Notes: generated by a model not told the origin, from the letters alone. A stretch of DNA of 64,000 nucleotides from an uncultured virus (IMG/VR IMGVR_UViG_3300042987_001178) (IMGVR_UViG_3300042987_001178), one strand, 5' to 3'; shown: positions 36,337 through 47,167, numbered from the stretch's first letter. Program-made: numbers and translations.

Positions 36337-36364
36337 ATATAGATATTATTTATTAATTTTCAAG
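36337..36364 (-). promoter_or_regulatory. RpoH (sigma32)-type promoter of hsp20
   Basis: Minus strand CTTGAA-N16-CTATAT, matching the alphaproteobacterial RpoH consensus. Confidence 0.6.
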
Positions 36365-36928
36365 TACTGATTTTTCTCTAATGATATGTCCAAGAACTGT
36401 TCCCTTATGAGAACCTTCTTTAATTCTATAACCATGTGTTCCACTTCCATTAATCTCAACTTCTTTCCTACTTCTTAATAATGCATTATTTTTCTTTTCT
36501 ATTTCTTTATTTTTATAATTTTTAACAATTGGATCTGTATATGTTAAAGTATGTATTTCTTGTAGATCATGTTCACGATCTAAAAATTTATATTCTATTT
36601 TTGTTGTATTAAAATCTTTCTTTATCTTTTCACATATTGTTTCAGGATCAAATTCACCACATGAGTAAACATCAAACTGAAGCAAGGCGGGATCTGGTTC
36701 ATCCCAAACATGCATTACTATATGAGATGTTTCAATAATTGCAGCTCCTGTAATTCCACGATTTCCAATCATATGAGAATACTTAACGTATGGTCCCATC
36801 ATAACCTTCATGCCTATTTCATCTATAAATTTCTTAAACCATTCTGTAAGAATAGCTTCATCCATTGGAGGATTTTTAGCTTCTGCTCGGACTATTAAAT
36901 GTTTATGAACTAAAATTTTATTATCCAT
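36353..36928 (-). CDS. speD: SpeD/AdoMetDC-family pyruvoyl decarboxylase
   Basis: H.HLI, GITGAAIIETSHIVMHVWDE, FDVYSCG. Confidence 0.75.
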   Translation of the reverse strand: MDNKILVHKHLIVRAEAKNPPMDEAILTEWFKKFIDEIGMKVMMGPYVKYSHMIGNRGITGAAIIETSHIVMHVWDEPDPALLQFDVYSCGEFDPETICEKIKKDFNTTKIEYKFLDREHDLQEIHTLTYTDPIVKNYKNKEIEKKNNALLRSRKEVEINGSGTHGYRIKEGSHKGTVLGHIIREKSVLEN

Positions 36929-36967
36929 TAGCGCCTCATATAGTTTTTTTAACCTATATGCAATACT

Positions 36968-37192
36968 TTATTTTGCTAAATGAATAGCTATTCCTATTAA
37001 AATAGTTATGGTTGAACCAAGACCAGCAATGATCCACCATATCAATGCATCAAATTTTTTTTCAAATTTATTATGCATTTCAGAGGACTCTTGTCTTAGT
37101 TCTCTTATATCTCTTTTTACTCCAGTTATATGGCCATAAAGAGCTACAATATGTTCACCAGTTGTTTCTGGTTCTTTTCCATTACCCATCAC
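36968..37192 (-). CDS. Small coiled-coil membrane protein
   Basis: C-terminal TM segment LIWWIIAGLGSTITILIGIAI. Confidence 0.6.
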   Translation of the reverse strand: MMGNGKEPETTGEHIVALYGHITGVKRDIRELRQESSEMHNKFEKKFDALIWWIIAGLGSTITILIGIAIHLAK

Positions 37193-40100
37193 GCTACTCC
37201 TTGTCTTCTTTGTTGTAAATAAGCATAATCTGGACCTAATATGCCAGCATCTGTTAAATATCTTTGTCCTAATGTAGGTGCTTCTGCAACAACTGTAGGT
37301 TGTTGATTAGGAGAATAACTTATATTTGTAGGTAATTGCACTGGAGTATTTGTTTGTGCTCCAGGAGTCGGGATTAATCCTTCAGTAGGCTGTCTTCTAA
37401 AACTTTTAACTCTAGGAGATAATAAATCTTCAATATAATTATCTAATTCATCAACTGGAATATCTAATTTAATTCTTTCCAATCGTTTATATAAACCATC
37501 AAAAATACTTTGAAGAGCATCATTTTGTCTTTTTATTTTTACTGCAGCAATAGGATCTTCCTTCTTAAGTCTTTCATTTAAACTTTCAAAAGCTTCTTTA
37601 CTATATGATGGAACTTTTAATCTACCACTTAATAATGTATCTGTTTCTACTTTTGTTAAACGATCTTCTAACAAATCACTTAATTTACTTTTTGATATAC
37701 CTAAATTTTTAGCATCATTTAATGTATTAAACATATTTCTTTGAGATTTAAATGATTCAATTAAATAAGTTTTATAAGCTGCTAATTTTGATTCAGGAGA
37801 AGAAGATGCATTATAAACATCTTTTGCAAATTTACCTCTAATATTTTTTTTATCATCATTAAATGAAGTTACTATAAAAGGCATACTAGCTAAAGGTTTT
37901 GCTTCATCTACTCTTACACCAGATAATAAAGCAGCAAATTCAGCAGTGCCATCTCTTCTAGTTCCATAGTCAGTAAATTTACCAGTAGCACCTTGCCATA
38001 CTCTTTGAGCAGATGTAACAGCACCTGGAGTTAATCCACCTATAATATGATCTAAACTTTTAGCTATTCTTACACTACCATTATCTTGTGGGTAAAAAAT
38101 TGTTTTTCCGTCTTGTGTTTTTCCACCTCTTAAGGTCACATCTACTGCTCTTTCAGTACCAATAGATTCAGTTACAAATGGAGATATGAATTCGGTAACA
38201 GCTCCTTTTCTTCCATCACCACCTAATATTCCTCCAAATAAAGAATTCATAACAATAGTATCAACACTATCTTTATTTAATGTTCCGTCTGAAAAAGAAT
38301 TTAAAATAGCGTTAACCGGAGTAACTAATGAATCATATGGATTAGAATAAGAAAAATTATAATATTTAAAATTACCATTTGCATCAGGAGCACTTATTGG
38401 AATTAATGTAGAATTTTTTTGATATTGTGGAGCAAAAGATCTTTGGAAAGAATCCATCTGATCTTCGCTAACTCCAGTCATATATTGAGCTGTTTTTTGA
38501 GCTACAGTACCTAATCCACCTAGTACAGTCGTAACACCAACTAATCTTCTTGCTCCCATTTGTCTAATAAATGGGTTTGTACTTGTAAGTTCTCTTGCTC
38601 CAATGGAAATAATATTTGATGTAGTTCTTAAAATTTCAGCTGGAAAAGCTATGAAATTACCAAGAGGTAAGTTTCTTATGTTCTGTATAATTTTTGGAAC
38701 TTTGCTATAAGTTGGAACTGTATTAACAGTTAAGTATGCTGATATATCTTCTAAAGCTTCTGTTACTGTTTTTCTTTGTCCTGTTATAGAACTAAATGGA
38801 TTAAATTCTTCTTTTGCAACTGTTCTATACCAATCCTTAACATCATTAAAAAATTTAGTTTCTAAAGCTTGTTTTTTAGTTCCATTTGCCATTTTAATAA
38901 TATCATCTGGATTACCAAAAGCAGTTCTTAATGCACCTTGATATGCTGTATCAGTATATATTTTCCATACGTTATCAGCACCTTGATATACATCTGTAAG
39001 TTTTTTCATTATAGGAGTATTCATAAGTTTATTAAAACTTATTTTTCCATCTCTTGCTCTATCTAAAACTCTTTTCATTTCTTGAATTTGAACGTTTTGA
39101 TCTATTACTCCTCTTTCAATTAAACGTTCTATTCTACTTATTTTATCTAAATCTGTTTTAGCTCCAGCAAATATATCATTTGCAACTAAATTAAATCCGT
39201 CTTTGAAAGAAACGTTCTGTCCTATTAATCCATTAGCTAATGGAAATACGCTTGCTGTTGTAAAATTTCTAACTTGAGTAACAGGAGATAATATTGTTTT
39301 AGATATTTGAGCTCCTGCTTTTAAAGTCATTAAAGATTTATAAAAAGGTATGCTGTATAAACTATCAGTAATTTCTTTTGCACCAATTAAAGCATTAGCT
39401 ATCTCTGGAGCCGCATAGTATTGTCCATTAAATAATTCACTAGTTGTTGCAAGTTGTGATAAATCTAAAACAGGAGTTTCTCTACTTGCTATATTTTTTA
39501 AATTATTAAATGTTCTTGGATTATTTAATAAACCTTTTCTTATTAAGTCTTCTTGAGTAAATATAAATCCAGGTTTATTAACAGAATCTTTTCCTAACTC
39601 TAAAAATGAATCAAAAGCTCTTCTTCCATATATTTGTTTAGATTGTTCAATAACAGTATCAACAGCAGCATTAACAAAATCTGTTGTTTCAATATCTTTA
39701 GTTATTATTTTTCCAGTTATAGGATCTTTTATTTTTGCTCCTAATGCTCCATCTTCAATACTAAATAATTTTCTTATAACATCAGGAAGTTCTTGTCCTT
39801 CTTTTACAGCTTCTTTACCTAAAACTCTTTCAGATATACCTTTAAAAATAGTAGATGGATTTCTATTAGCTTGTATAGCTAAAGATTTAATTTGTAACAT
39901 TTCATTTTTAGCAAGTTTATCTATATTTTTTTCTAAAGCAGTTTTAAAAACTTCTTGCGTTGGTTTTACTTTTTCTCCTAATTCTTTTTGTGTTATAGAA
40001 ATAGCCTGATCTTTAAGTGCACCTTTTTCATATCGTTTTTTAAAAAACTCAACAGCTTGTTTTTCTAATAAAGGATTGTATTTAAATCGTTCATTATTGA

Positions 40101-41418
40101 AAGCTGCTAACCTTTGATTAACATACGTGTTATAATCTAAAGCTTGAGCACCTTTAAAGTCTATATCTTTTATAAATTTTCCGTATCTCTCTTGTGAGGA
40201 TGTAACTAATTTATCTAATTTAATTACATCGTTTCTAACATCCTTATGTATAGTATTTAATATTTCTTTTTTTGCATCTCCATCTGCTTTAAGATAATTA
40301 TTAATTTTATTAGATTCATTTTGAATTATTAATTTAGATTCACCTTTATCAAATAAATTTATTTTAAAATTATTTACTATATCTTTGTAATTGTTTTCTA
40401 ATTTACTTCCTATATCTGCTAATTGTTTTTGTTCAGCAGCAAGTTTATTATTAAAATCAATTTGTATTTGTCTTATTTCAGGTCTTACAGGTCCAGCACT
40501 TGTAAATTGATCTTTTATTCTTGTTAAACCTCTTTTAACTTCACTCATGAAACCACCTTCAGTAGGAATATATCTCCATTCTGAATCATCAATTCCAACT
40601 TTTTTAAGTCCTTTATCTATTAAACCACCATCTTCTAATATAGATTTAAATGTTTTTTGTAATATACTAGTTTCTCCTTTACCAACTAAAGTCTCTATTC
40701 CTTTTTGAACAGGATAATTAACTGCTCTTAATACTTTGTCACCAACATAAGTAATTGGTTTTGTTGCCATTAAACCATATTTAACTCCTAATGTTCCAGC
40801 TATAGGTAATAAAGTTACACCACCACCTATTAAAGTTCCTTCAGCTCCAAATTTAACTTTTGATTTTAAAATTTCTGCAGCACGTTCTTTACCTTCTAAA
40901 CCTTCTAAATCTGTTTTTTCTATTAAACCTAAATCTTCTGATAAAGTAGAAATTGTTCCAGGAGTAGATACAGCGAAATCTGTAATACCACCTATTGTTC
41001 CAAAATAACCAGCACGTTTAACTAACTCCATTCCTTTAGCAGATGTGCTCAATGAAGGAGAAGAAAGTTTAGTCATTTGACTAACATTCTTTAATTTAGA
41101 AATACCACCAGCAATTTTTAAAGCTGCTCCAGCAGGAACACCAAATTGAGTTAAAACAGAAGTTATATCTCCAATTGCTGTTTTTGTATCCGGAGTTATT
41201 TTTTCAAATAAATTTTCTATATTGGATAATAAATTTGTATCGGCTAAATAATCAATAGGTAGAGCACCTAACTGTAATAAACCTTGAATAGCTTGACTTG
41301 TACCTTTTCCAACACCTTTTGGTAAATCAAGAATATAATCACCTAAAGTTACATCACTTCCACGTGCTGTAGCTAATTCATCTTCTTGAAAGAGTCCTTT
41401 TAAACCTTCTAGGGCCAT
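37189..41418 (-). CDS. Large internal virion/ejection protein
   Basis: 1409 aa, helical, last gene of the virion operon; PLGNFIAFPAEILR motif. Confidence 0.6.
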   Translation of the reverse strand: MALEGLKGLFQEDELATARGSDVTLGDYILDLPKGVGKGTSQAIQGLLQLGALPIDYLADTNLLSNIENLFEKITPDTKTAIGDITSVLTQFGVPAGAALKIAGGISKLKNVSQMTKLSSPSLSTSAKGMELVKRAGYFGTIGGITDFAVSTPGTISTLSEDLGLIEKTDLEGLEGKERAAEILKSKVKFGAEGTLIGGGVTLLPIAGTLGVKYGLMATKPITYVGDKVLRAVNYPVQKGIETLVGKGETSILQKTFKSILEDGGLIDKGLKKVGIDDSEWRYIPTEGGFMSEVKRGLTRIKDQFTSAGPVRPEIRQIQIDFNNKLAAEQKQLADIGSKLENNYKDIVNNFKINLFDKGESKLIIQNESNKINNYLKADGDAKKEILNTIHKDVRNDVIKLDKLVTSSQERYGKFIKDIDFKGAQALDYNTYVNQRLAAFNNERFKYNPLLEKQAVEFFKKRYEKGALKDQAISITQKELGEKVKPTQEVFKTALEKNIDKLAKNEMLQIKSLAIQANRNPSTIFKGISERVLGKEAVKEGQELPDVIRKLFSIEDGALGAKIKDPITGKIITKDIETTDFVNAAVDTVIEQSKQIYGRRAFDSFLELGKDSVNKPGFIFTQEDLIRKGLLNNPRTFNNLKNIASRETPVLDLSQLATTSELFNGQYYAAPEIANALIGAKEITDSLYSIPFYKSLMTLKAGAQISKTILSPVTQVRNFTTASVFPLANGLIGQNVSFKDGFNLVANDIFAGAKTDLDKISRIERLIERGVIDQNVQIQEMKRVLDRARDGKISFNKLMNTPIMKKLTDVYQGADNVWKIYTDTAYQGALRTAFGNPDDIIKMANGTKKQALETKFFNDVKDWYRTVAKEEFNPFSSITGQRKTVTEALEDISAYLTVNTVPTYSKVPKIIQNIRNLPLGNFIAFPAEILRTTSNIISIGARELTSTNPFIRQMGARRLVGVTTVLGGLGTVAQKTAQYMTGVSEDQMDSFQRSFAPQYQKNSTLIPISAPDANGNFKYYNFSYSNPYDSLVTPVNAILNSFSDGTLNKDSVDTIVMNSLFGGILGGDGRKGAVTEFISPFVTESIGTERAVDVTLRGGKTQDGKTIFYPQDNGSVRIAKSLDHIIGGLTPGAVTSAQRVWQGATGKFTDYGTRRDGTAEFAALLSGVRVDEAKPLASMPFIVTSFNDDKKNIRGKFAKDVYNASSSPESKLAAYKTYLIESFKSQRNMFNTLNDAKNLGISKSKLSDLLEDRLTKVETDTLLSGRLKVPSYSKEAFESLNERLKKEDPIAAVKIKRQNDALQSIFDGLYKRLERIKLDIPVDELDNYIEDLLSPRVKSFRRQPTEGLIPTPGAQTNTPVQLPTNISYSPNQQPTVVAEAPTLGQRYLTDAGILGPDYAYLQQRRQGVA

Positions 41419-41426
41419 GGTTGTTC

Positions 41427-42899
41427 CTAACCGGCTGTTGGAGGAACTACTAGATTAACTCCATATTTAACATTAAACTTACTTACATCGTCTTGTGTTC
41501 TAATGTATGCAAAGTCTTGTAGAGCTTCTTCACTGTTGGATAATAACATAACAACATCATCTGTAATTTCTTTAGGTAATCTATCTCTTAATTGTCCATA
41601 AGATAATTTTTGAACAGGTTTTTCAACTACAGTAGCATCTTGTGGTTTGTTACCACCAAAGGAAACATTAGAAGCTATTAATTTATCTCCTGTTTCTTCT
41701 ACATCTTCTACTTCTCCACCAATTGCTTTCATAACCCTACCACCAGAAGCAAAATTTGAAAACTGTGGATAAACAAGTTCAAATCCTTTTGATTTTTTAT
41801 AAGTATCTAACTGTGAAGTTAATTCTAAAAGTTCTCTATCAATAGCTTTAGTATCTTTTTTAGCTACAACAGCATCGTCTCTTCTTCTTTGAGCGTCTTT
41901 TATATTATTAACTAATTTAGTAATCTCACCATAAACAGGAGTAGAAGATAATGTTTGTACACTTTCAGCAGTCACAGGATCTAATTTAATATTTTGTATT
42001 AAAAGATCACTATAGATTTTATCTGGATCTTGACCTGTTGCTATAGCTTTTTCATTAGCTTGAGCTTTTAAAATTTTTAAACCTTCTGGTAATGCACCAG
42101 ATTTAATTTGTTGTTGTTCTTTTTCTTTTGCAAGTTTATATGCAGCCAGTGTTACAGCCTTATCTTCTTCTCTTCTTGATTTAGCTAAAGGTAAAGCAAG
42201 TTTAGATGCTTCTTGAATTTTTTCTGCTATAGTTCCTTTTTTACCTAAAGCTGCTGATAAAACAAGAGCAAGTTCTCCTTTAGAATAATCTTCATCTTTT
42301 AATAATTCTCTTAACTCAGTTGATTCTTTTTTTACTTCGTCTATAAGATTAAATCTAGGTGTCTTTGTTTCTGTATATTTAGGTGGATTAACTTTAGGTT
42401 TTTCTATTTTTTGCTCATTCATTCCAGTAGCAAAGTCTCCACTTTCTTTATCTAAACCAAATTTTACATCAGTTGTATTTTGTATCCCTTTTGTCTTGTA
42501 TAATTCTCTGGCTTTAAGTCTCTCTGATATAGGAGTGTCTTCAGTTATAATACCTTTTTGTATTAAAAGATTATCTAAATCTATTGTTTCTTTAAACGGT
42601 ATATAACTAGAACCCAAAGGACCTTCTCCAGATCTTATTTTTTCTAGAAGCCTTTGACCCCTAGTTGAATAATTAGGTGTAGATAAATTTTGAGAAATAC
42701 CTACTTGTGGTATATTTTGAGGAGCAAAATATGTAAATGGATTTGATACTTGCACAGGTCCTGCATTTTGATAACCAATTCTTCCTCCACTAAAATATTT
42801 AGGTCTAGGTTCTACATGAGACATGATCCCTGTTCCTTGAGTCATGCCACCTAATTTAAACATAGGTCTTTTAAATATGTTGTACATATTATTTACCAA
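41427..42899 (-). CDS. Putative internal virion protein with multiple xxxGG motifs
   Basis: FKLGG, YFSGGRIGY, FASGGRVMKAIGGEV. Confidence 0.55.
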   Translation of the reverse strand: MVNNMYNIFKRPMFKLGGMTQGTGIMSHVEPRPKYFSGGRIGYQNAGPVQVSNPFTYFAPQNIPQVGISQNLSTPNYSTRGQRLLEKIRSGEGPLGSSYIPFKETIDLDNLLIQKGIITEDTPISERLKARELYKTKGIQNTTDVKFGLDKESGDFATGMNEQKIEKPKVNPPKYTETKTPRFNLIDEVKKESTELRELLKDEDYSKGELALVLSAALGKKGTIAEKIQEASKLALPLAKSRREEDKAVTLAAYKLAKEKEQQQIKSGALPEGLKILKAQANEKAIATGQDPDKIYSDLLIQNIKLDPVTAESVQTLSSTPVYGEITKLVNNIKDAQRRRDDAVVAKKDTKAIDRELLELTSQLDTYKKSKGFELVYPQFSNFASGGRVMKAIGGEVEDVEETGDKLIASNVSFGGNKPQDATVVEKPVQKLSYGQLRDRLPKEITDDVVMLLSNSEEALQDFAYIRTQDDVSKFNVKYGVNLVVPPTAG

Positions 42900-43776
42900 A
42901 TAAACTTCCTAATCCATAAACACCTGCAGCAGCAGAAAGAGCAGAACTTAATGGACCAGCTTGTTGTGAAGGTTGAGTTGTTTGTTGGAATCCAGGTTGA
43001 GGATATCCAGATATCAATCCTGTTATTCCAGCACCTAAAGATTGTAATCTAGTGAATGGTTCTTGATATTGGAATTGTGCAGCTTGTCTTTGAGCATCTA
43101 ACACAGCTTGTTGATAAGCTAAATTTTGTGTTCCTGCAGCACCTAGTTGTTGAACTTGTTGTGCAGCTAATGTTGGTTGTAATGATGCAAGTTGTCCTTG
43201 TTGTGCAAAAGCTTGTGAAGCTAATTGACTAGCTTGTTGAAAACCTTGTTGTCTTAATTGAGCTTCTAATGCTGCTCTATCTTGTAAACTTTGCGCACTA
43301 AATTCTGCTTGTTGAATTCCTTCTCTTGCTCCACCAAATGCACCTGCTCCAATAGCATTAGCTCCAATTTGTTGTTGTGCAATTTGTCTTTGTCTATCAA
43401 ATTCAGAAAGAGTTGTTGAAATAACATCCTCTTGATAAGGAGACATAAATTGTTGATAAGCTTGTGGTCCTGTATATTCTTGAGCTTGTTGTAAGAAAGG
43501 TTGATAACCTGCAATACCTGTTCCTGTTCCTACACCTGTAACTGCTCCTGTTGTTGGATCAAATGTTAATGCACCAAGTCCAGCTTGTGTTGCAGCTTGT
43601 TGTTGAGCTTGTTGTGTTAATACGTTTTGTCCAGCAATCTGTGGAGACATTGCTTGCAATTCTGCAGCAGTTGGAGCTTGTCCTGTTCTTTTAGTTAATA
43701 AATCTAAATATGTTTGTCCTGCCGCTTCTAAATACGGGGCCGGTCTTGAAATCGTTGTTGTAGTTGCATCTGCCAT
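42889..43776 (-). CDS. Gln/Ala/Gly-rich DNA ejection-type protein
   Basis: FMSPYQ...AGAFGGAREGI; composition like podovirus ejection proteins. Confidence 0.55.
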   Translation of the reverse strand: MADATTTTISRPAPYLEAAGQTYLDLLTKRTGQAPTAAELQAMSPQIAGQNVLTQQAQQQAATQAGLGALTFDPTTGAVTGVGTGTGIAGYQPFLQQAQEYTGPQAYQQFMSPYQEDVISTTLSEFDRQRQIAQQQIGANAIGAGAFGGAREGIQQAEFSAQSLQDRAALEAQLRQQGFQQASQLASQAFAQQGQLASLQPTLAAQQVQQLGAAGTQNLAYQQAVLDAQRQAAQFQYQEPFTRLQSLGAGITGLISGYPQPGFQQTTQPSQQAGPLSSALSAAAGVYGLGSLFGK

Positions 43777-43780
43777 TTAA

Positions 43781-45460
43781 TTACCTTTGTTTTTTTACTT
43801 TTTTTTCTAAAGACTTCATTAACTTATACATCTTTTGAGCACCTTTGTTAATACTTCCATTTCCTGCACCCCTTACAGCATCTGCAGTAAATACGAATTC
43901 ATTTTTACTTAACATAGCAGGAACATCATCTGCTTTTTCTTTAATACCAACAGGAATATAGCCTCCTTTAGCTCGCATATCTAGTTCTGTAATACCAGCT
44001 TGATTTTTTCTAATAGGTAAATCTATATTTCCACCTTTTGCTTTTTTAGTTTCTCTAAACAAATCTAATCTTAATTCTTCAGCTTTTTCAAAATCACCCA
44101 TAGCTTCAGCATCTCTTATCAATTGTATAATTTGAGATACTCTATTATTTGACATATCTGTCATTTTAGTTCCTTGACCAAACTGTTCTCTATTAATTTT
44201 ATCTTCTGGATAAGTTATAGTAGGTGTTAACTTAATACTTAAGACACCTTCCATTTCTTCTTCTAAAGGTGTTTTTGGCATGTAATATTCTTTTTCTTTT
44301 TTATCTTTTGTTCCTGATTTAAAACCTATTCTTCCACCTGTAGCAGATAAACTTCTTATTCCAAAAGCTTCTGGTTTTAATGTTGATGTTAATTTTGCCT
44401 TTTCAGGATTTATTTTTAATTGTTGATAAACTTCTTCATTGAATTCACTATCAGATAATCCAGCATCATCAGCTATTTTTTTAGCTTCTGCAAAAGAAGC
44501 AGCTCCAGCTATTGAAGCAAACACAGCTGTTTTATCAATGTTACGAGCAATTATTTCTCCAGTATCTTTATTTCTTACTGGTGTAGTATAAATATCTTCT
44601 AATGCTTTACCACCAAGTTGTTGAACTGCAGAAAATCTTTCTGATAAAGGAACATTTTCTAAAGAACCTGCTTTTTTAATTAAATCTAAATAACCTGGTT
44701 GTGTTCCAGGTTGCGTTCCATATGTTTTTATTAATTCAGCTTGAGATCTACCTGTTTCAATTGGACTTAATCCTCCACCACTGACTAAAGTACTTTGTAA
44801 TTCGTTAGCTGTTCTTCCAAGTTGTTGATCAGGTATAGTATAACCAGGTTTATAACCTAATTGACCAAGGTCATCTATTCCAGATAAATTTGTTCGTGCA
44901 CCTGTTGTACTATAAGTTAATTGGTCAGGTCCAACTTGAGGAATAGTAGTTCCTTGTTGATATCCTAATTGTCCAAGATCATCTATCCCAGATAAATTTG
45001 TTTCAAAAGTTGGTTTAATATAATTTTGTGTTGGTGTTGTAGCAGGAGATAAAAACTCTTTTGCTTTATCAGTTACTAATTGAGATAAACTTGTTCCTTG
45101 AGTTCCTAATCCAACATAGTCTCCACCAAATACTCCATACTGTGCTCCACCATATCCAGTAGGCATAAAAGATCCTAAACCAGCTTGACCAGCTCCACCG
45201 AATTGAAGATAGGGTGCCATTGTTAAAGCAAGGCTAAGAGGATTTATTTTTCCTGTTCTTGCAGAACCTGCGATAGCAGCAATAGGTCCATATACTGGTC
45301 CTAAAAAAGGAGCGGCTATTTTTAAAACTGGATCTAATTCTTTTGGTATAACAGCTTTAGCTACACTTTTAAGAAAGCTTCCTAAACCGTATTTTTCTCT
45401 ACCTTGTGGTGTACTAATTCCGTATAATTGTCTATTCATTTGTGACCGTGCTATTGCCAT
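43781..45460 (-). CDS. Putative internal virion protein with xxxGG motifs and C-terminal DDVPAMLS..EFV domain
   Basis: SATGGRIGF, KAKGG, RAKGGYI...DDVPAMLSKNEFVFTADAV; internal repeat TNLSGIDDLGQLGY twice. Confidence 0.55.
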   Translation of the reverse strand: MAIARSQMNRQLYGISTPQGREKYGLGSFLKSVAKAVIPKELDPVLKIAAPFLGPVYGPIAAIAGSARTGKINPLSLALTMAPYLQFGGAGQAGLGSFMPTGYGGAQYGVFGGDYVGLGTQGTSLSQLVTDKAKEFLSPATTPTQNYIKPTFETNLSGIDDLGQLGYQQGTTIPQVGPDQLTYSTTGARTNLSGIDDLGQLGYKPGYTIPDQQLGRTANELQSTLVSGGGLSPIETGRSQAELIKTYGTQPGTQPGYLDLIKKAGSLENVPLSERFSAVQQLGGKALEDIYTTPVRNKDTGEIIARNIDKTAVFASIAGAASFAEAKKIADDAGLSDSEFNEEVYQQLKINPEKAKLTSTLKPEAFGIRSLSATGGRIGFKSGTKDKKEKEYYMPKTPLEEEMEGVLSIKLTPTITYPEDKINREQFGQGTKMTDMSNNRVSQIIQLIRDAEAMGDFEKAEELRLDLFRETKKAKGGNIDLPIRKNQAGITELDMRAKGGYIPVGIKEKADDVPAMLSKNEFVFTADAVRGAGNGSINKGAQKMYKLMKSLEKKVKKQR

Positions 45461-45510
45461 ATTTGTTAATAGTTAAGGCAGGCTTAAAAACCTGAAAAAT
45501 GAATAAATTA

Positions 45511-46254
45511 CTATTCTTTTGGCTTATCGTCAATAGGTTTTGGTTTAGAAAACATAGTGCTTAAACTACCATGAAACGCATGAGAACCAAAATGTGTTAG
45601 TGGTGTTTGTGTATCTGCATATATTTTACCACCTATATTTGTCCATAATCTACAAAAGGCAATGTCTTCTCCAAGATAACCATTTTCTGGATCTTGAGCA
45701 GTTTCAAAAAAAGTATACCAACCCTTCTCCATTGTTTCTACTTTATTACCTACTAATTGTTTATTGACTGTTTTTCTTTCAGGATATTCTTTTGCAAGTT
45801 TTTCAAACACTTCTCTTTTAATCATCATGAATCCAGTAGGTCCTGCAGTGATTTCTGCAAATCCTTCTTTATCGACTCTAATATTATCTTTATCTGGAAA
45901 ATGAACTATGAATTGTAATTGATTATCTTTACCATATCCTTTCACTGGATAAGGTGTTAAACATAATGGCACATCTTTATCTATTAATCTATAAACAGCT
46001 TCTGGTTCAAATCCAATATCAGCATCTATAAAAATCATATGTGTACAATCTGAATTTAGAAAATAAGCAACACAATTATTTCTAGCTTGTGTTACTAATG
46101 CCATACCTGATTGCATATGAACAGCAGAAGATACTGCTATAGATTTATGAGGTGTTGATACAAACTTTAATAAACTGTTTGCATAGTTAGTTGTAACTTG
46201 ATGACCAAAAGCGGGTGTAGCTATAAATAGTTTAACGTGTTTTTTGTCTGACAT
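45511..46254 (-). CDS. GT-A fold glycosyltransferase-like protein
   Basis: IATP, ARN, FIDADI (DxD), TGFMMIKR, GEDIAFC. Confidence 0.75.
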   Translation of the reverse strand: MSDKKHVKLFIATPAFGHQVTTNYANSLLKFVSTPHKSIAVSSAVHMQSGMALVTQARNNCVAYFLNSDCTHMIFIDADIGFEPEAVYRLIDKDVPLCLTPYPVKGYGKDNQLQFIVHFPDKDNIRVDKEGFAEITAGPTGFMMIKREVFEKLAKEYPERKTVNKQLVGNKVETMEKGWYTFFETAQDPENGYLGEDIAFCRLWTNIGGKIYADTQTPLTHFGSHAFHGSLSTMFSKPKPIDDKPKE

Positions 46255-47167
46255 AATTTAAAAAATTTCTCCATTCTTGTATTCTTGTTTGCCAAGAATA
46301 ATATTTGTTATAGTATTTCACTTGCATCTCTAAGTCTTCTTTATACATATCTTGTTTATAATTGTCTAGTACAGAGTTTAAAGTTTCTGCATATCTCTCA
46401 ATTAAATTACTAGCACTAGAATCAAATTCTATTATAGTAGCAAATTCACCACATGTTTCTGGTAAAGCACCATAATTCGTTGTTACTACATGACAACCTG
46501 CTGACATAGCTTCTATTACAGCAAGACATGAAGTTTCTTCAAAGATAGATGGATAAGCATAGATGTGGGTATCTTCTAAAGATTTTCTTATTTCACCATT
46601 AAAAGTATAACCTTTAAAATTAACATTTTTAGTATTTCTACATAATTCAAATAGAGGTTCAAATTTATCTTTTTCTAATTCTTCAAATTTAGATCCATAA
46701 ATTTTAGTAGATGAATGTATATCTACTATAAAATCATTTCTTGTTTTATTTAATATTTCAACTGCTTTAATTAATATAGCAAGTCCTCTCCAGGGAGTAG
46801 ATGTATATAATATTTTAATCTTATCAGTTTTTTGTTTTTCAATTGGATCAAATGCATGAGTAGCATTTTTAATAACAAATGATTTATATTCTGGAATTTG
46901 AAATTGTTCTCTAAACTTATTGTATTGCCAGTTACTTACATAGATAAAATAATCAATAGAATCCACATATTTACGATCTCGCATGTATTGAACATTAGGC
47001 TGATCATAACTTAAATGTTGCCATACTATATTTGTTTTATCTTTTTCAACTAATGATGGATGACATATAGAACCAATTAAATTAACGCCTTCTAATGATT
47101 CTTTAGGTAATTGAGCAAGTAATTGTTCTTTTAAAATTTCTGTTCCGCCTCTAGGATTCATATGCAA
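46232..47167 (-). CDS. GT-B (family 4-like) glycosyltransferase
   Basis: GGTE, YPSIFEETSCLAVIEAMSAG...GALPE. Confidence 0.85.
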   Translation of the reverse strand: MHMNPRGGTEILKEQLLAQLPKESLEGVNLIGSICHPSLVEKDKTNIVWQHLSYDQPNVQYMRDRKYVDSIDYFIYVSNWQYNKFREQFQIPEYKSFVIKNATHAFDPIEKQKTDKIKILYTSTPWRGLAILIKAVEILNKTRNDFIVDIHSSTKIYGSKFEELEKDKFEPLFELCRNTKNVNFKGYTFNGEIRKSLEDTHIYAYPSIFEETSCLAVIEAMSAGCHVVTTNYGALPETCGEFATIIEFDSSASNLIERYAETLNSVLDNYKQDMYKEDLEMQVKYYNKYYSWQTRIQEWRNFLNYVRQKTR

